Shown: piece by piece, positions 32,001-46,976 of the stretch
Layout of the letters: every line of letters begins with the position of its first letter
Position numbering within the stretch: position 1 is the first letter of the stretch
NCBI RefSeq assembly: GCF_009914755.1
Contig: NC_060935.1
Length of the DNA: 64,000 nucleotides
Strand: one strand, 5' to 3'
From: the human T2T-CHM13v2.0 reference genome, Homo sapiens
Made by a program: the position numbers and the translations under genes
The notes under the pieces: generated by a model
Told to the model about the DNA's origin: nothing
What the model saw: only the letters and a program-made list of their open reading frames with translations
Database searches by the model: none

Positions 32001-35000
32001 TACAGTCTTCTCAGTGCCACATAGCACTTATTCTAAAAATCGACCACATAACTGGAAGTAAAATACTCCTCAGCAAATACAAAAGATTGGAAACAATAAC
32101 AAACAATCTCTCTGACTGCAGTACAATCAAATTAGAACTCAGGATTAAGAAACTCACTCAAAACCACACAACTACATGGAAATTGAACAACCTGCTCCTG
32201 AATGACTACTGGGTAAATAACAAAATTAAGGCAGAAATAAAGACGTTCTTTGAAATCAATGAGAACAAAGAGACAATGTACCAGAATCTATGGGACACAG
32301 CTAAAGCAGTGTTAAGAGAGAAATTTATATACCAAATGCCCATATCAGAAAGCTGAAAAGGCTTGAAATCAACACCCTAACATCACAATTTAAAAAACTA
32401 GAGAAGCAAGAGCAAGCAACTTCAAAAGCTAGCAGAAGACAAGAAATAACTAAGATCAGAGCAGAACTGAAGGAGCTAGAAACACGAAAAACCCTTCAAA
32501 AAAATCAATGAATCCAGAAGCTGCCTTTTTCAAAACATTAACAAGATAGATAGACCACTAGCTAGACTAGTAAAGAAGAAGAGAGAAGAATCAAATAGAC
32601 ACAATAAACAATGATAGAGGGGATATCACCACTGATCCCACAGAAATACAACTACCATCAGAGAATACTATAAACATCTCTAAGCAAATCAACTAGAAAA
32701 TCTAGAAGAAATGGATAAATTCCTGGACACATACACCCTCCTCCGATGAAACCAGGAAGAAGCCAAATCCCTGAATAGACCAATAACAAGTTCTGAAATT
32801 GAAGCAATAATTAATAGCCTATCAATGAAAAAAAGTTCAAGACCAGATGGATTGACAGACAAATTCTACCAGAGGCACAAAGAGGAGCTGTTACCACTCC
32901 TTCTGAAAGGATTCCAAACAACAGAAAAAAAAGATCTCCTCCCTAACTCATGAGGCCAGCTTCATCCAGATACCAAAACCTGGCAGAGACACAACAAAAA
33001 AAGAAAATTTCAGGCCAATAACCCTGAGGAACATCGATGTAAAAATCCTCAATAAAATAATGGCAAACCGAATCCAGCAGCACATCAAAAAGCTTATCCA
33101 CCACGATCAAGTCAGCTTCATCCCTGGGATGCAAGGCTGGTTCAACATATGCAAATCAATAAGTGTAATCCATCACATAAACAGAACCAATAACAAACAC
33201 CATGTAATTATCTCAATAGATGCAGAAAAAGCCTTTGATAAAATTCAACATCCCTTCATGTTAAAAACTCTCAATCAACTAGGTATTGATGGAACATATC
33301 TCAAAATAATGAGAGTTAATTATGATAAACCCATAGCCAATATGATACTGACTGGGCAAAAACTGGAAACACTTCCTTTAAAAACTGGAAACAAGACAGA
33401 AATGCCCTCTCACCACTCCTATTCAACACAGTATTGAAAGTTCTGGCCAGGGAAATCAGGTAAGAGAGATAAATGAAGGGTATTCAAATAGGAAGACAGG
33501 AAGTCAAACTGTCTCTCTTTGCAGATGACATGATTGTATATTTGGAAAACTCCATCATCTCAGCCCCAGAACTCCTTGAGCTGATAAGGAAATTCAGCAA
33601 AATCTCAGGATACAAAATCAATGTACAAAAATTACAAGCATTCCTATACACCGATAATAGAAAAGCAAAGCGCCAAATCATGAGTGAACTCCCTCTCACA
33701 ATTGTTGCAAAGAGAATAAAAGACCTAGGAATACAGCATACAAGGGATGTGAATGACCTCTTCAAGGAAAATTGCAAACCACTATTCAAGGAAATAAAAG
33801 AGGATACAAACAAATGGAAAAAAATTCCATTCTCATGGATATGAAGAATCAGTATCATGAAAATGGCCATACTACCCAAAGTAATTTATAGTTTCAGTGC
33901 TATTCCCATCAAGCTACCCTTGACTTTCTACACAGAATTAGAAAAAACTACTTTACATTTCATTTAAAACCAAAAAGAGCCCATATTACCAAGACAATCC
34001 TAAGGAAAAGGAACAAAGCTGGAGGCATCACGCTACTTGACTTCAAACTATACTACAAGGATACAGTAACCAAAACAGCATGGTACTGCTACCAAAACAG
34101 ATACATAGACCAGTGAAACAGAACAGAGACCTCAGAAATAACACCACACATCTACAACCATCTGATCCTCAACAAACCTGACAAAAATAAGCAATGGTGA
34201 AAGGATTCCCTATTTAATAAGTGGTGCTGGGATAACTGGCTAGCCATGGGCAGAAAACAAAAATTGGACCCCTTCCTTACATTGTGTACAAAAATAAACT
34301 CAAGATGGATTAAACACTTAAATGTAAAACCCAAAACCATAAAAAAACCCCAGAAGAAAATCCAGGCAATCGCATTCAGGACATAGGCATAGGCAATGAC
34401 TTCATGATGAAAACACCAAGAGCAATTGCAAAAAAAGCCAAAATTGACAAATGTGATCTAAGTAACCTAAAGAGCTTCTGCACAGCAAAAGAAACTATCA
34501 TCAGAGGGAACAGGCAACCTACAGAATGGTAGAAAATTTTTGCAATCTCACCATCTCACAAAGGCCTAATATCCAGTATCTTAAAGGGAGTTAAATAAAT
34601 TTAAAAGAGGACAAAGTTCCTCTTTGCCCATCAAAAAGTGGGCAAAGAATGTGAACAGACACCTCTTAAAAGAAGACACTTATGTGGCCAACAAACATAT
34701 GAAAAAAAGCTCATCATCACTGGTCATTAGAGAAATGCAAATAAAAACCACAATGAGATACCATCTCACAACAGTCAGAATGGTAATTATTAAAAAGTTA
34801 GGAGGCCGGGCGTGGTGGCTCATGCCTATAATCCTAGCACTTTGGGAGGCCGAGGTGGGCGGATCATGAGGTCAGGAGATCGAGACCATCCTGGCTAACA
34901 TGGTGAAACCCTGTCTCTACTAAAAGTACAAAAAATTCGCCAAAAAAAAAAAAAAAAAAGTTAGGAAAGAACAGATGCTGATGAGGCTGTGGAGAAACAG

Positions 35001-35640
35001 GAAAGCTTTTATACTGTAGGTAGGAGTGTAAATTAGTTCAACCATTGTGCAAGACAGTGAGAAGATTTCTCAAGGAGGTAGAACCAGAAATACCATTTGG
35101 CCCAGCAATCCCATTACTGGATATATATCCACAGGATTATAAATCATTCTAGTATAAAGACACATGCACATGTATGTTTATTGCAGCACTATTTACAATA
35201 GCAAAGACTTGGAACCAACCCAAATGCCCATCAATGATAGACTGGATGAAGAAATTGTAGCACATATACACTATGGAATACTATGCAGTCATAAGAAAGA
35301 ATGAGTTCACGTCCTTAGCAGGGACACGGATGAAGCTGGAGGCCATTATTTTCAGCAAATTAACACAGGAACAGAAAACCAAACAACGCACGTTCTCACT
35401 CATAATTGGGAGTTGAAAAATGAGAACTGTTGAACACAGGGAGGGGAACATTACAGAACACATCCTGTTGGGTGGTGGGGATCAAGGGGAGGGAGATCAT
35501 TATGACATATACCTAATGCATGCAGGGCTTAAAACCTAGATGATGGGTTGATAGGTGCAGCAAACCACCATGGCAGATGTATACCTATGTTAGAAACCTG
35601 CAGATTATGCACATGTATCCCAGAACTTAAAATAAAATAA
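29094..35640 (+). mobile_element. Full-length, degenerate LINE-1 (L1PA7/L1PA8-like), paralogous insertion
   Basis: Same site and TSD (29081-29093, 35641-35653). ~80-bp deletion at ~31518 removes the ORF2 start. Contains a nested Alu monomer. Confidence 0.92.
34804..34954 (+). mobile_element. Alu left monomer (AluY/Sc-type) with poly(A) tail and TSD, nested in L1
   Basis: GGCCGGGCGTGG...TACTAAAAGTACAAAAAATTCGCC then poly(A). 12-bp TSD AAAAAGTTAGGA at 34792-34803 and 34955-34966. Confidence 0.9.
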
Positions 35641-38600
35641 AAAAGTCTGTACACATACGTGTATAGCTGCTTTATTTATAAATGCCACGTTAGAAAAAAC
35701 AGCAATGTCTTTCCACTTGTGAATAGTGAAACAAAGCATAGTACATCTATACAATTGAACACTACTCGGTAGTATAAGAAAGTCAGCAATAAGCTATTGA
35801 TAGCTGGAAAATGTTGGGTGGATTTTGAGGACATTATGCTGAATAAAAAAAGCCAAAGTCAAAAGATTAGATACTGTATGATTCCATTTATGTAACCCTT
35901 TCAAAATGATGAAATTACAGACATGAAGAATAGATCAGTGATTAGAGGGATTTGGGAAGAAGCACACTGTGTGTGTGACAGTAGGAGAAGCCCAAGGGAA
36001 TTCTTCTGTGGTAAAGAAACACTTCTATATTCAATGTGATTGTGTTTATGAATCTACACCTGTGACAAAATATTATGGAATGAAACATAGAGGAATATCT
36101 CACTCCAAAAATGAGTGCATGCAAACACTGGTAAAATTTGGTAAGATTGTGCTGTAGTTATTTGGTGAAATCTGATAAGATTTACAGTGTAGATAATTAG
36201 ATGGGATCAATGTCGATTTCCTGGTTTTGACAATACATTTATTTAACTTGTAAGTATTGCTGTAGGTCGGGTGATGGGCATACAGGAACTCTCTGTACTG
36301 CTTTCACAACTTCTTCGTAGTCTACAATTAATTCACAGTAAAAACTTAAAAACCAACTGAAAGGCCAGTTCATTGTATGGACTTATCTCCATGGATATTG
36401 AAGTCACCAAAAATGAGGACATGGGTTATGCTGGAAGGAAGTTTGTAAACCAGGCACATACGCTAGAAGATAATGTAGTAAGCATTAACAGACATCTTCC
36501 ACAAAATTAAGCACATATTAAATTGTTATCATATTTGTTTCCAATAACTCTTAAAATGAATACATACACTGTTACAGATACAACTTAAGGCTGATTCATG
36601 CATCTGTACTCTCAGCAATAATCGTACATGTCTTTGATAATAAGGCAAGGGTGCCTGCATACCTGGAATGGAAATGACAATTTTCTTCAATTTCAGAACG
36701 TCTGCGGTTGATATGTATTATTCTCTCACATGTGTACCAAGATGTTAAAACAGCAGTATTAAACCAAATGTCAAGACACTATAGATATTATGTTACAAAG
36801 AGGTGCTAGGTGACACAGAATTTGAATAGGAATTTTTGATTACCCATATCAAGCTATGCAGAATTTAGGTCTGAATTTTTATGTGACAATTACAATGTTG
36901 ATTTAATTCACAGATTAACTGTCTCCCTTACTCCCAATGTGGGCCTTTTGCAGGTAAAAATGCTGCTCCAGAGAAGGGCCTGCATTCCATTGCTTCTCTC
37001 TTCTCCCCTAACCCCCACACATTTTTTTTGTTTTTTAATCCATGCCTTCTGGCCCTGGAGGTCTGGATATATCACTGTGAGGAGGGTAAGGAGAGCAGGG
37101 CATTGATTTTGGTTTGTCCTGTTGGCCTGACATGCCTGGTCCTCTCTGGGCTTACATTATTATAGAGCTCACTCCTACGAATGTCACAAAACTAACAGCA
37201 AGCCCTATCACTTCAAGGCCACAAAAGATAATGCTCATTATTTAGAGCACTCCAGCCTTGTGATTCTATTTAAGAGGAATCTTGCCGCCATGACCAAATA
37301 CATGAGGTGGCACAAGGAGTAAAACTCATATATGAATTATTCACCATTCCCTAAAAAACTCTATGCTTTTATTAACAGTGCCACTGTAAATTATCTCTTC
37401 TTCCATTTCCATCTGTTAGATCCTATTTACCTCTCTTTGCCCAATACAAAAATCTACGTGACTGGCAAAATTTACAGAGGGTATAATTATAATAATAATG
37501 CTGAGTCAATTGTAGTCATCAGTTAAAATTCTACCTATTACACGAAGCCTTCCATGATCCACTCACTTCTACCTACACACTCAGGAATGAGGTCTGCCCT
37601 GTCTCTGCTCTCCTTCCTTGTGTTTGCATCCTGCAAAGCTCCAGAACAATTGGACCAATATGATGGGCATGAGCATTGAGATTTATTTTTCTATACTCTG
37701 CTGTCACTGCTAGATAATAGAAAACACACGCCATCTATATCTATATCCAGCATTGATACATTGACAATAATGGTGCCCAGCTGATACCAGACAGTCATAC
37801 AGAGCAAGCATTTCAGCAGACTTTTCAGACTCTAGGTCACTGCCCCATAGTTGAGAAGAACATTCACTTACTGTGATTACAGTCACTGTGTAGAGACGTA
37901 AATTTCTCAGGCTGTCAGGATCATAACAGTAGTTATCTTCAGTCCATGGTTACGGTAAAATCACACCTTACCCACATATTCTGAAAAGAGATATATAAGC
38001 ACAAATGCACAAATGACACAGTTTCAGGCTGGGGCAATCCCATAACCTCACTTCTGCTTGATTTGCCGCGAAGGAGCATCTGACCCATGTTGGCCATGCA
38101 GTCAGCTTGAGAATCCCAAATTCCTGAAACCAGGTCCAGTGTTCTTCCCATTCTGGCACTTGCATATCCTGCTTCCCTATATATCTTAGGATTTCTAGAT
38201 ATTAGTTGGGTTTGCCTGGAGGCAAGGGCTTCTTCTGCTGAAACACAGGGTAATGGTAGTAGGTAGTCCTGCAACGCCTGTGACCTAAGCACCTGCAGGG
38301 TCTCTAGAAAATGCTTTCAGGAATTGTGCATTTGTGCGATGTTAGACTATAGACCAAGCGCTGTTGTAACATTTAGCCTGTTAATCTTATAATGTCATCA
38401 ATTATAGAACTGTTGCTGAGATTGTTGTCTTGCATGAGCAGTCACCTGGTGCACATTCTCTTATTTGTTGGAATTATATTGTCCTGCTTCAGCTGGGTGC
38501 TTGGGTGTGGCATTCCTCTTCAGGATGGCAGCAAGATAACTTGGAATTTTTAGATACCCTCTCCTCTGAACACCCTTGAGCCACAAACACAATGCTTGGA

Positions 38601-41600
38601 TAGCATGTGTCACATTGGGAGGCAGTCTTTCCTGCACTAGTGTCCTTCCTTCACAGGCTGTGAACTCTGTGAACGTGGGTATGTTTACTTTGACTCCCAA
38701 GTGTCTGGCATGAAAGCTAGAAAATAGATGATGCTCAGTGTGTATTTATACAATAAACAGTAGAAAAAGTGAGAGATATTGCTATGAAAAACCCACTTAA
38801 TGATATATTCAGGAATGCAAGTGCGTAGATTAATTGAAAATGACTGTTAATCAGTATTAACAAAAATGATACATTTGTAATATGAACATTTCAATTTTAC
38901 CAGAATTCATTCACTATAATAGAACTAGACTGTGGAACATTTGTTTGTGTAGATTTCAGAAAATAGAATTCTACTCTGTCTGGCTGAAAGCATATCTATC
39001 AATCATCGTCTATGATTTGCAGTTTGGATTAGTTTATGTGTAGATCTTAGCATCAGATACATAGCATTCTGTCCTAGCAAATCATTCTGTATTTCTCATT
39101 TTTGTTTAATCTTGTAGAGTTGAAAGACTCACACCTACTAAACTAACAATAATTTTGGAATCTGCTCTTATTTTCCATTTGAGCATTCACATTAGTTTTT
39201 ATGGAAACTGCAGTTCTTCTTTCATACTCTTTTTTCATTGATCTGTGCTGTATTTTGATAAATTAGGTAACTATACTGAGAAGTTTAATTGGCAAAAGCA
39301 GGACAGGAAGCAGATCCAGTTGGTTCTTGCGAGTGTGATGACTCAGTGCTCTTGTGCCCAGGTGTACTACAGCATCAGTGAATGGCCACGAAGGCTCAGC
39401 ATTTGCTCGGCATCAATCAATATATTTTCTTCATGAAGTGGAAAGGATTGGTTATAGACATAGAAATGTATTAGTGAGAGAGTTATTTAAAAGCTGTTGC
39501 TTTTATGTAGAACTAGCACAGTGCCTGATGAATTAGAATTCAATGTTTGTTGAATTCATGCCTAAAATATAGTTATAAATGGCAGCTCCCAAAAGTGCCA
39601 ACAGACTTTCATGTATTTTCTTACTTTCTGGAGAACACTCCTGGATGTCCTGCATGCTCCTCCTTGATATGAAACCAAGAGGAAGTGATATCATTGACCT
39701 TGGAAAGAAGGCAGCTCATGAGCAGACTCCCACATCCCCTCCATTCTTCTTCCCAAAGGCAGTGAACAGACCTGCAATGAAAGGGAACAGCTGTTCTCAG
39801 AACAACCAACTGCAGAGGACACTCTATGAAGTTGGAGGTGCCTATAGGAGTTCCAGTGAGAACTAGAGACTCAGCTAGCCTTTGCAAGATGTTGGATAAA
39901 CCTGTGATTTACAGGCGGGAGCTACTTGAGAAAAATATTTACCAAGCATCTTCTAAATTCCACACCTAATCTGTTGCACTAGAAAATCAAAGACTATCCC
40001 TGCTTTAAAAGACCTCAGAGTGCAGTTGAAGAGAAAGAAGTGAGGACAGATAATTCAAGTACACTATTATAAGTGCTGCAGTTGAGCAATGTTGAGGTCA
40101 AGTGAGTTTGGATTGGGCTTCAGGGACAGAATCTAAGCTTTCATGAAGCTGAAGTTTTCTTCTGTCAAAAGAAAAAGAATGTCACTAACATCAAAATAAG
40201 CAGGTTTCCAAATGAGAAACAACATTCTTTGATTCAATTGCCAGGTGAAAATTCTCTACAGAATTCCTAATGATAGACAACATCTTTAGCGAATACTGTA
40301 CAATTGATATCACAGACTCCCAGAGTGGACTCTCCCAATAACCCTTGGTCTGAACTAAAGACATCCAATCAAAGCTCTTGGCCTGGAGCATTGGCTGCAA
40401 ACACCAGTTTCCTGCTTCCTCCGACCTGTAGGAAACCCTCACCTACAGCCATGTCCTCCTACAACATTTGGAAATTGAGGGTGGACAGATGGGATTCAGC
40501 ATCAGCAGAGTGCTGGGCCTGGAAGAGCAATGGATCTGGACTGAGGGGACCTGAGTTCAACATTGTGAACAGTGTGATAGGAGCCACCAATAAATTTGTT
40601 TGGACAAATTGAAAACTATATACCTCTTTATTGCTTTCATAGCTACTTAGTACTGTCTCCTGCATACTTAAATTGCACTTGTCAGCTCCCCTCAGTGAGG
40701 GCCAATCTGAGGGGCAGCCTCACTGTCTGTGAGCAGCACAGAGCCTGCTGTGATGTCTCTTCTTCTCTTGGTGGTCTCTTCTGTCTGCTCGAGTTATCTG
40801 TAGAAGGGATAACCACTGGTGGAGAACAGTCCTGAATTTTGTACTGATCCCATTTCTATAATTAACTGTTTTTAATTGTGTTAAAATATACATAACATAC
40901 ACTTTCTAACTATAATGATTTAAAGTGTACAATTCAGTGTCATTAAGTACATTCAAAATAAGTTGTAACCATTACCACTGTCGGTTTTAAGAACTTTGCA
41001 TTATTCCACACAGAAAGTCTGTGCTCATTCAATAATGGCTACACATTCTCTCCGTCATCCAGCACCAGGATCCTTCTAATTTACTTTCTGTATTCACAAA
41101 TTTCCTAGTTTCGATACCTCATAAAATTTGAACTTACAATATTGTTGTTTGGTCTGGCTTATTTCCCTTAGCACAATGTTTCCGGGTTCATCTATGTCAC
41201 AACACGTATTAGAATTCTATACCAACCGTAAGTTATTATCCAGATACTATAATTGACATTAGCATGGAAAGGTCAGATATGTTCAGTTTTGCTTCTCTTG
41301 TTAACAGCTGTAAAACTACCTGAAAGTTACACCCAGAACAATTTGTACAAAACCTGGAAGAATGAAGAATTCTACAACTGAAAGTATCTGTAAGTAAATA
41401 ATAAATGGCTTTCAAGATAATTTCCACTTTGAAACCAATATTGAGGTTTTCAGTGGCCTAAATGGAACTGGTGGGGCATATTTATTAGCTCCTCACTGGT
41501 CTATTAGTCCAGGAAGAGCTAAATAAAAACTTACCAGTTCTCAAAGTCTTAAAGGGAAGGGGCCATGGTTGTTTTTACTAGAAACCAAGGCCACGTGTCA

Positions 41601-42199
41601 CCATGCTGTGGACAATTACAGCAGAGAACTTTTCATAAAACCAATTTTCTAGACTGTTTTTATGAAGAGAGAGTTTGTCTCTAAGTACATTATTTTGCTC
41701 TATATCTGAAAATACAATGGAACATAGAGATAGCAGAACTCATTTATTCAGAATCGAGCTTCCAACTGTGGTAATGCCTGCAGTCATTGAAGGGAACATG
41801 ATTTTCAGGGGAACATAGTCTGAGAGATTAATAAGGAATCTTCCCTTTTGATATAATCAGGTAGGAAAAAAGTATAAAGAAGAGTTTTAAGGTTTTGGAC
41901 AGGAATTCCTTTCAATACCAGGTAATTGCAGAAAAAGTGTTCAGCAAGAAAGATTCAATGTAAGATACAGGAAAAATAGATTGGCAATATCAAGGAGAAT
42001 CTAAACATTGTATTATCAGACTGATGCTTTCTATGGTTGACAACTGCAACCGTCAGGATAGATAAAAATCCATTTGAAGACCCTGAGGAACCACTGAGAC
42101 ATTCCTGAGGTGCAACGCTAAGAAAAACACATGCAATTGTCAAGGATGGCAGGGCAGTGTTGCTCTCAAAGTCCCATCTGACAGGACAGAGGCTCTTCC

Positions 42200-43165
42200 T
42201 CACTGCCCAAATCTGCTTCCCGACAGCTCCAGGGTTTCCTCAGGAAGCCATCGTCCACCTTCATCCACCTCAGTCGTGTCCTGCAGAGCCCTCTGGAGAA
42301 CCAGCTTCAGGTTCTGCCTATTTTGACACTGCCTAAAGGAGCCCACGAAGAAGTAAATGTTGGGGTTGGCCGTTAAGAGAGGAAAGGAAAATGGAAACTA
42401 GATGAACGTGACAATATAAGACTTCCAAATCCACGTGGTTCCATGAAAATAGGAAAAACCGAATGCCAAAGGGCAGGCCACAGAGGAGGAAGACCAGCGC
42501 TATGAGCAGGATGGTCACGTACAGCCTGGTCAGTGGCATCTTCCGGGACCCACAAAGGATCCTGACCAGCAGGACCAGGCTGGACCCACAGAGAGCCACA
42601 CATAAAAAAATCAGCCCCCCTACTATGATGAAATCTGATGTTTAACACCAAACAGAATCAGCACCACTAAACAGGAAGTCACAGAAACTCCACTCCAGGA
42701 TGCTCCGCAGCAGAGACAGGGCCCAGAGCATGACACACACGACCGCTGACAGGTGTAGGGGCGGGGGCGGCAGCGCTACCAGATGGGCCACAGGACGTAC
42801 AGGCAGCGCTCGGTGCTCATGGCGCTTAGAAAGCTCAGGCTTGCAAGGTAGGAAAACATCATCACAGGGCTGAGGATTTTGAAGATGGGATGGAGGATAT
42901 TGATGACACTTAACGGAAAACGTATAATGTGGCTTCTGAGAAAGAGGAAGTCGGCCATGGACAGGTTGAAGATGTAGATGGAGAAGGCGTTCCTGCGCAT
43001 GCGGAAGCCCAGGAGCCAGAGCACGACTGCATTTCCTGTCATCCCGACAAGGGAAACGATACACGTCAGCCCTGTGAGGCTCAGGGTTTGCTTGTAGCAA
43101 GGAGTCTCCTCACGTCCATTGATTGGTGTCAGTTCTGTACCCAAGGCTGGGATGGTTGGATCCAC
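42200..43165 (-). pseudogene. MRGPRX pseudogene 1 (unprocessed)
   Basis: Full-length homology to MRGPRX1. Lesions: start ATG>GTG, TAC>TAG at 42776, +2 frameshift at ~42760, CAA>TAA at 42642, ~5-nt deletion at ~42370. Confidence 0.93.
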
Positions 43166-46100
43166 GCTCAGGAACCCTAGTCTGGTGTCCCTGGGAACAC
43201 AAACCAGAGGTGATCAACAGCTGTATCATCTCTGATTCTCTGCACCACCCTGCCACGTGGGATTTACTGTCGTCATTTTAAGAGGAGATATCAGAGACGT
43301 GCAGAGAATAAGTTACCTATCAAAAGGTGGGGGTCCTGAAATCCAGTTTGAAATCCAGTTCTTGCTGACTCTAAAGCCTGACCTCTCTCTATTGCCACAC
43401 AAGTTCTATGCTGACATGGGAATAACATTATGGTCAAAACACCCCCACTCAAGTGGCCAGGGCTGTGGACCTGATCATTGCTTTATCCTGGGCCTGAAAT
43501 TTTCTCTCAGGTGGAGGAATTCAGATACACAAAGAAGTGGTTGTGACACACTCGTGACTAGGACTGGTCATCTATGGACAAGAAAGAAGACCATGCATTA
43601 TGAACGAGAGGAAAATGTGACCTTCACTAGGACAAGTGTGAAAATGGCTGGGCCTGGTGGTTGAGAAATAACTCAGTGTGTCAGTCATTGCAGATAGGAC
43701 CACATTTTACATTTTCTACTCCCAGTACCTATTTCCATGAGCAGCACACTGTGCTCTTCATAAATATTCATTCAATGAATGAATGCATGCATGAGGAACT
43801 TAATGATAATGGTAGATTTGGGTGAAATGGAAAATAAAAATTAAAGCACAATGTAAGGCATTAGAACACCCATGTTTAATTAGGTACAGAAAATTTCATT
43901 CATCAGAATTCTATTTGTGGCAGCTCTATCTGTGTTAAAAAAGAATTACTGATGTGTGCCCCAAACCTGAAATTGACCACTGATGTGCCTTTGAAATGAG
44001 GACTCAGTGTGGCTTTGCTGAACACCTAGAAGCATTTTTGTACAGAATATTTGTGTAGGTTGTGGGTCTGAGCTGAAATGCTCAGCAATAGAGCAGAGGA
44101 AAGAGTAAGTGAGGGTGAGGTCTGAGTGCCACTGAAGCAGGTAATTGAAGTGTGGGAATATGTATGGGGGACTACTAAGTGTTCTGCTGGGTATACACAA
44201 TGTAAACCTGTTTCATTCTCTCTTTCAGGAGATCTTTGGTTTGTTTCTTTGTTGATGTAAACATTTGTGTGAGAGGAGTCCATGAGGGGAAATAGGAGAT
44301 ATGTAGGGCTTGGAGTATAAAGAGAGATATTCATGCAGATTTCAACTGGAGAATGAGGACTGGGTCTAATCTGGGAGAATAACAGCAGCTGATTGAGAGT
44401 GTTTAAGATATTGTCTCTTTTCATTATCTGAAGAGCCTAGCAGGTAAGAATGAGTGTTATTCCCATATGGACAATAATACATTGGTACACAAAAAGAGTG
44501 AATTATTCGTTCTGGGACTTATATAGTATGATTTGAGGCCAGCAGGGCTGACTCATGATCCAGTCTTGGAGCAGCCCTTTACACCCAGCGCCACTCTGTG
44601 TTGATTATACATGTTAGAGGGGGTAAAGCAGAGGAGGGATTCTTAAGATTAAATCCAAGTTGGCGGCAAAATTGTGGGTTGAAAAAAAAAACTAACCTAA
44701 ACAAATTTCAGATAGACAAAGAGAAGCAAATCAAATAGGGAACAATATAGAGGAGAGTGAAGGCATTTAGGAATGAATTCAGGAGTTCCTTTTTGCCTAT
44801 CAGAGGCCACCTTTGCTCTGGAATCCCAAGAATGCACATGGGCAGGAACTCTTCAGGTGGAAAGGAGACACACCCTCCTCTAGGAATACAGAGGAGCATC
44901 AGGAGTGAATGCATCCAACATGAGCTCTCTTAGAGAGACAAGCTGCCACCACCCTGATTGACCCGAAAAGGAAATGGGAGGAAAAGGAGAGCCTCTGTTA
45001 TCCACACTCAGGGCACTAAACACTTTGTCCATCTATATTTATGGTTTGATATGTTTGTCTTCCTTATGAAACTTGAAGCTCCATTAAGGAGTAAGTCATG
45101 CCTGTCTTTTTCACTGTGGTATCACCAACATTTAGCCTGTGTTCCTTAAAGACCATCTGTGGTATTATCCTCATATAACATAAGATGAAGCTGTGGCCTA
45201 GACTAGTAAAGTGTTTTCCTGTGATCACAACAAGAAGAGTAGGTCCAGTACCCGCCCCTGGTCCCTGGAGCCCTGCATGAAACTTCTGTACTGTTCTCTG
45301 CCCCATCATTCATTATTTCAGAGGAGCTCCTGAAAAAAATCTTGATGTGAGCACAGAATCAGAGACAGTGAGGGGCTGAAGGAACTGCTAGGTTGCTCCA
45401 ATGTTGATTTTCCTCTTTGGTCACGACCGAGTCTAAAGGCAGCACAAGGACCCACATTCCAGTTTTCCTTGATGCTGGGTGCCATTGTATGACCAGGTGC
45501 TGTTCAGTGAAAGGTGCACAAAAGTGAAGTAAGCAAGTCCTGGCTCATAGAATCAATCAAAAGAGCAAAGCACCTCCTTTTCTTCATCCTTTTCCATCAC
45601 GCTGGAATGCTGATGTGGCTGTGAACCATGTAGGATCACAAGGATGAGGGAAGCTCCCTGGGGACTGGGGAGTTGCAGTTTTGGAATTCTGATATATGAT
45701 GTCTTGGAGTTTCCAGCTCAGATCTCACAGATAGTCATCTCTGGGCATTCCCTGGTTCTTGCTCCGGAACCCCAGCACACACCAAAATATGCAGATGCTC
45801 AATTTCCTTACATAAAAAGATGCGATATTTGTGCACACCCTATGCTCTTTCTCCCAGATACATTAAATCATTTCTAAGTTATTTAGAATAACTGACAAAA
45901 TACAACTGCCATGTTAATTCTTGTTTTACTATACTTTTTTTTGGAAGTAATGACAAGGAAAAACAAGTTTCTACCTGTTCACTACATACACACGTCTGCC
46001 ATACCCTTATTTTTAAAATAGTTTCCACCTGTGATTTGTTGACTCTGCAGATTCAGAATCTAGAGACCTAGAGGCACAACTATACCTTCTTTTTAAAGAT

Positions 46101-46555
46101 ATTTCTACTTCATTCTTTATTACAGCCACCAAAATTATATTCTAAACCAAAGAAATATGTTCTCTCTTTTTTAGATTACATTTTATTTTCTATGCATTTT
46201 TGATGAATGCAAACATTTCTGCATAGAAGTGACAGTAGAGAAAGATATGCCAAACATTGAAGTGGTCTGATAGAGCTGAAATGAGAAAGAAATCAATCAC
46301 CTTTAGACAGAGAATGCCCAGTAATTAGGAGGATAGAAGAAGGTGAGAGTGATAGTCTCATTTGCTATGAGGTTTTGCTTTCCATTCTTCTCTATCCTGT
46401 TTGACATCCTAAGAGAGTGGCTTTTATGTCCCACATCAGTGGGATTCATTTTAATTCTAGCTTCTGGTGGAATTGTGACACTGGGCCACACCAGCAGGAG
46501 ACTGGAGGACAGCAGGAGAGCAACTTCAGATTTCCATCTCCTGGCTCTCTGCCTG

Positions 46556-46976
46556 GGTATTAGTTCATTCTCACATTGCTATAAAGAAATACCTGAGACT
46601 GGCAAGTTTATGAAGAAACTAGGTTTAATTGGCTCATTGCTGTATAGGCTATGCAGGAAGCATAGCAGCTTCTGCTTCTGGGGAGGCCACAGGAAGCTTC
46701 CAATCATGGTGAAAGGCCAAGGGAGAGAGAGGCATCTCACACGGTGAGAGCAAGAGAAATACAGAGAGAGAGGGAGGCACTACACACTTTTAAACAACTA
46801 GATTTCATGAGAACTCACTCACTATCACTACAGCGATACCAAAGGGGGATGGTGTTTATACCATTCATGTGAAACTGTCCCCAAAATCTAATCAGCTCCC
46901 ACCAGGCCCTCCCTCCAATATTGGGAGTTACAATCAATATGAGATTTGGGTGGGGACACAGATCCAAATCTTATCA
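46556..46976 (-). mobile_element. MST-like solo LTR, unit 3
   Basis: Paralogous copy with the same flanks. Confidence 0.85.

Larger units (their letters stand above)
22151..44384 (+). repeat. Tandem duplication unit 2 (~22.2 kb, L1-containing)
   Basis: Colinear with 1-22150: identical to 30439, then roughly 88-92% similar by eye. Confidence 0.9.
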
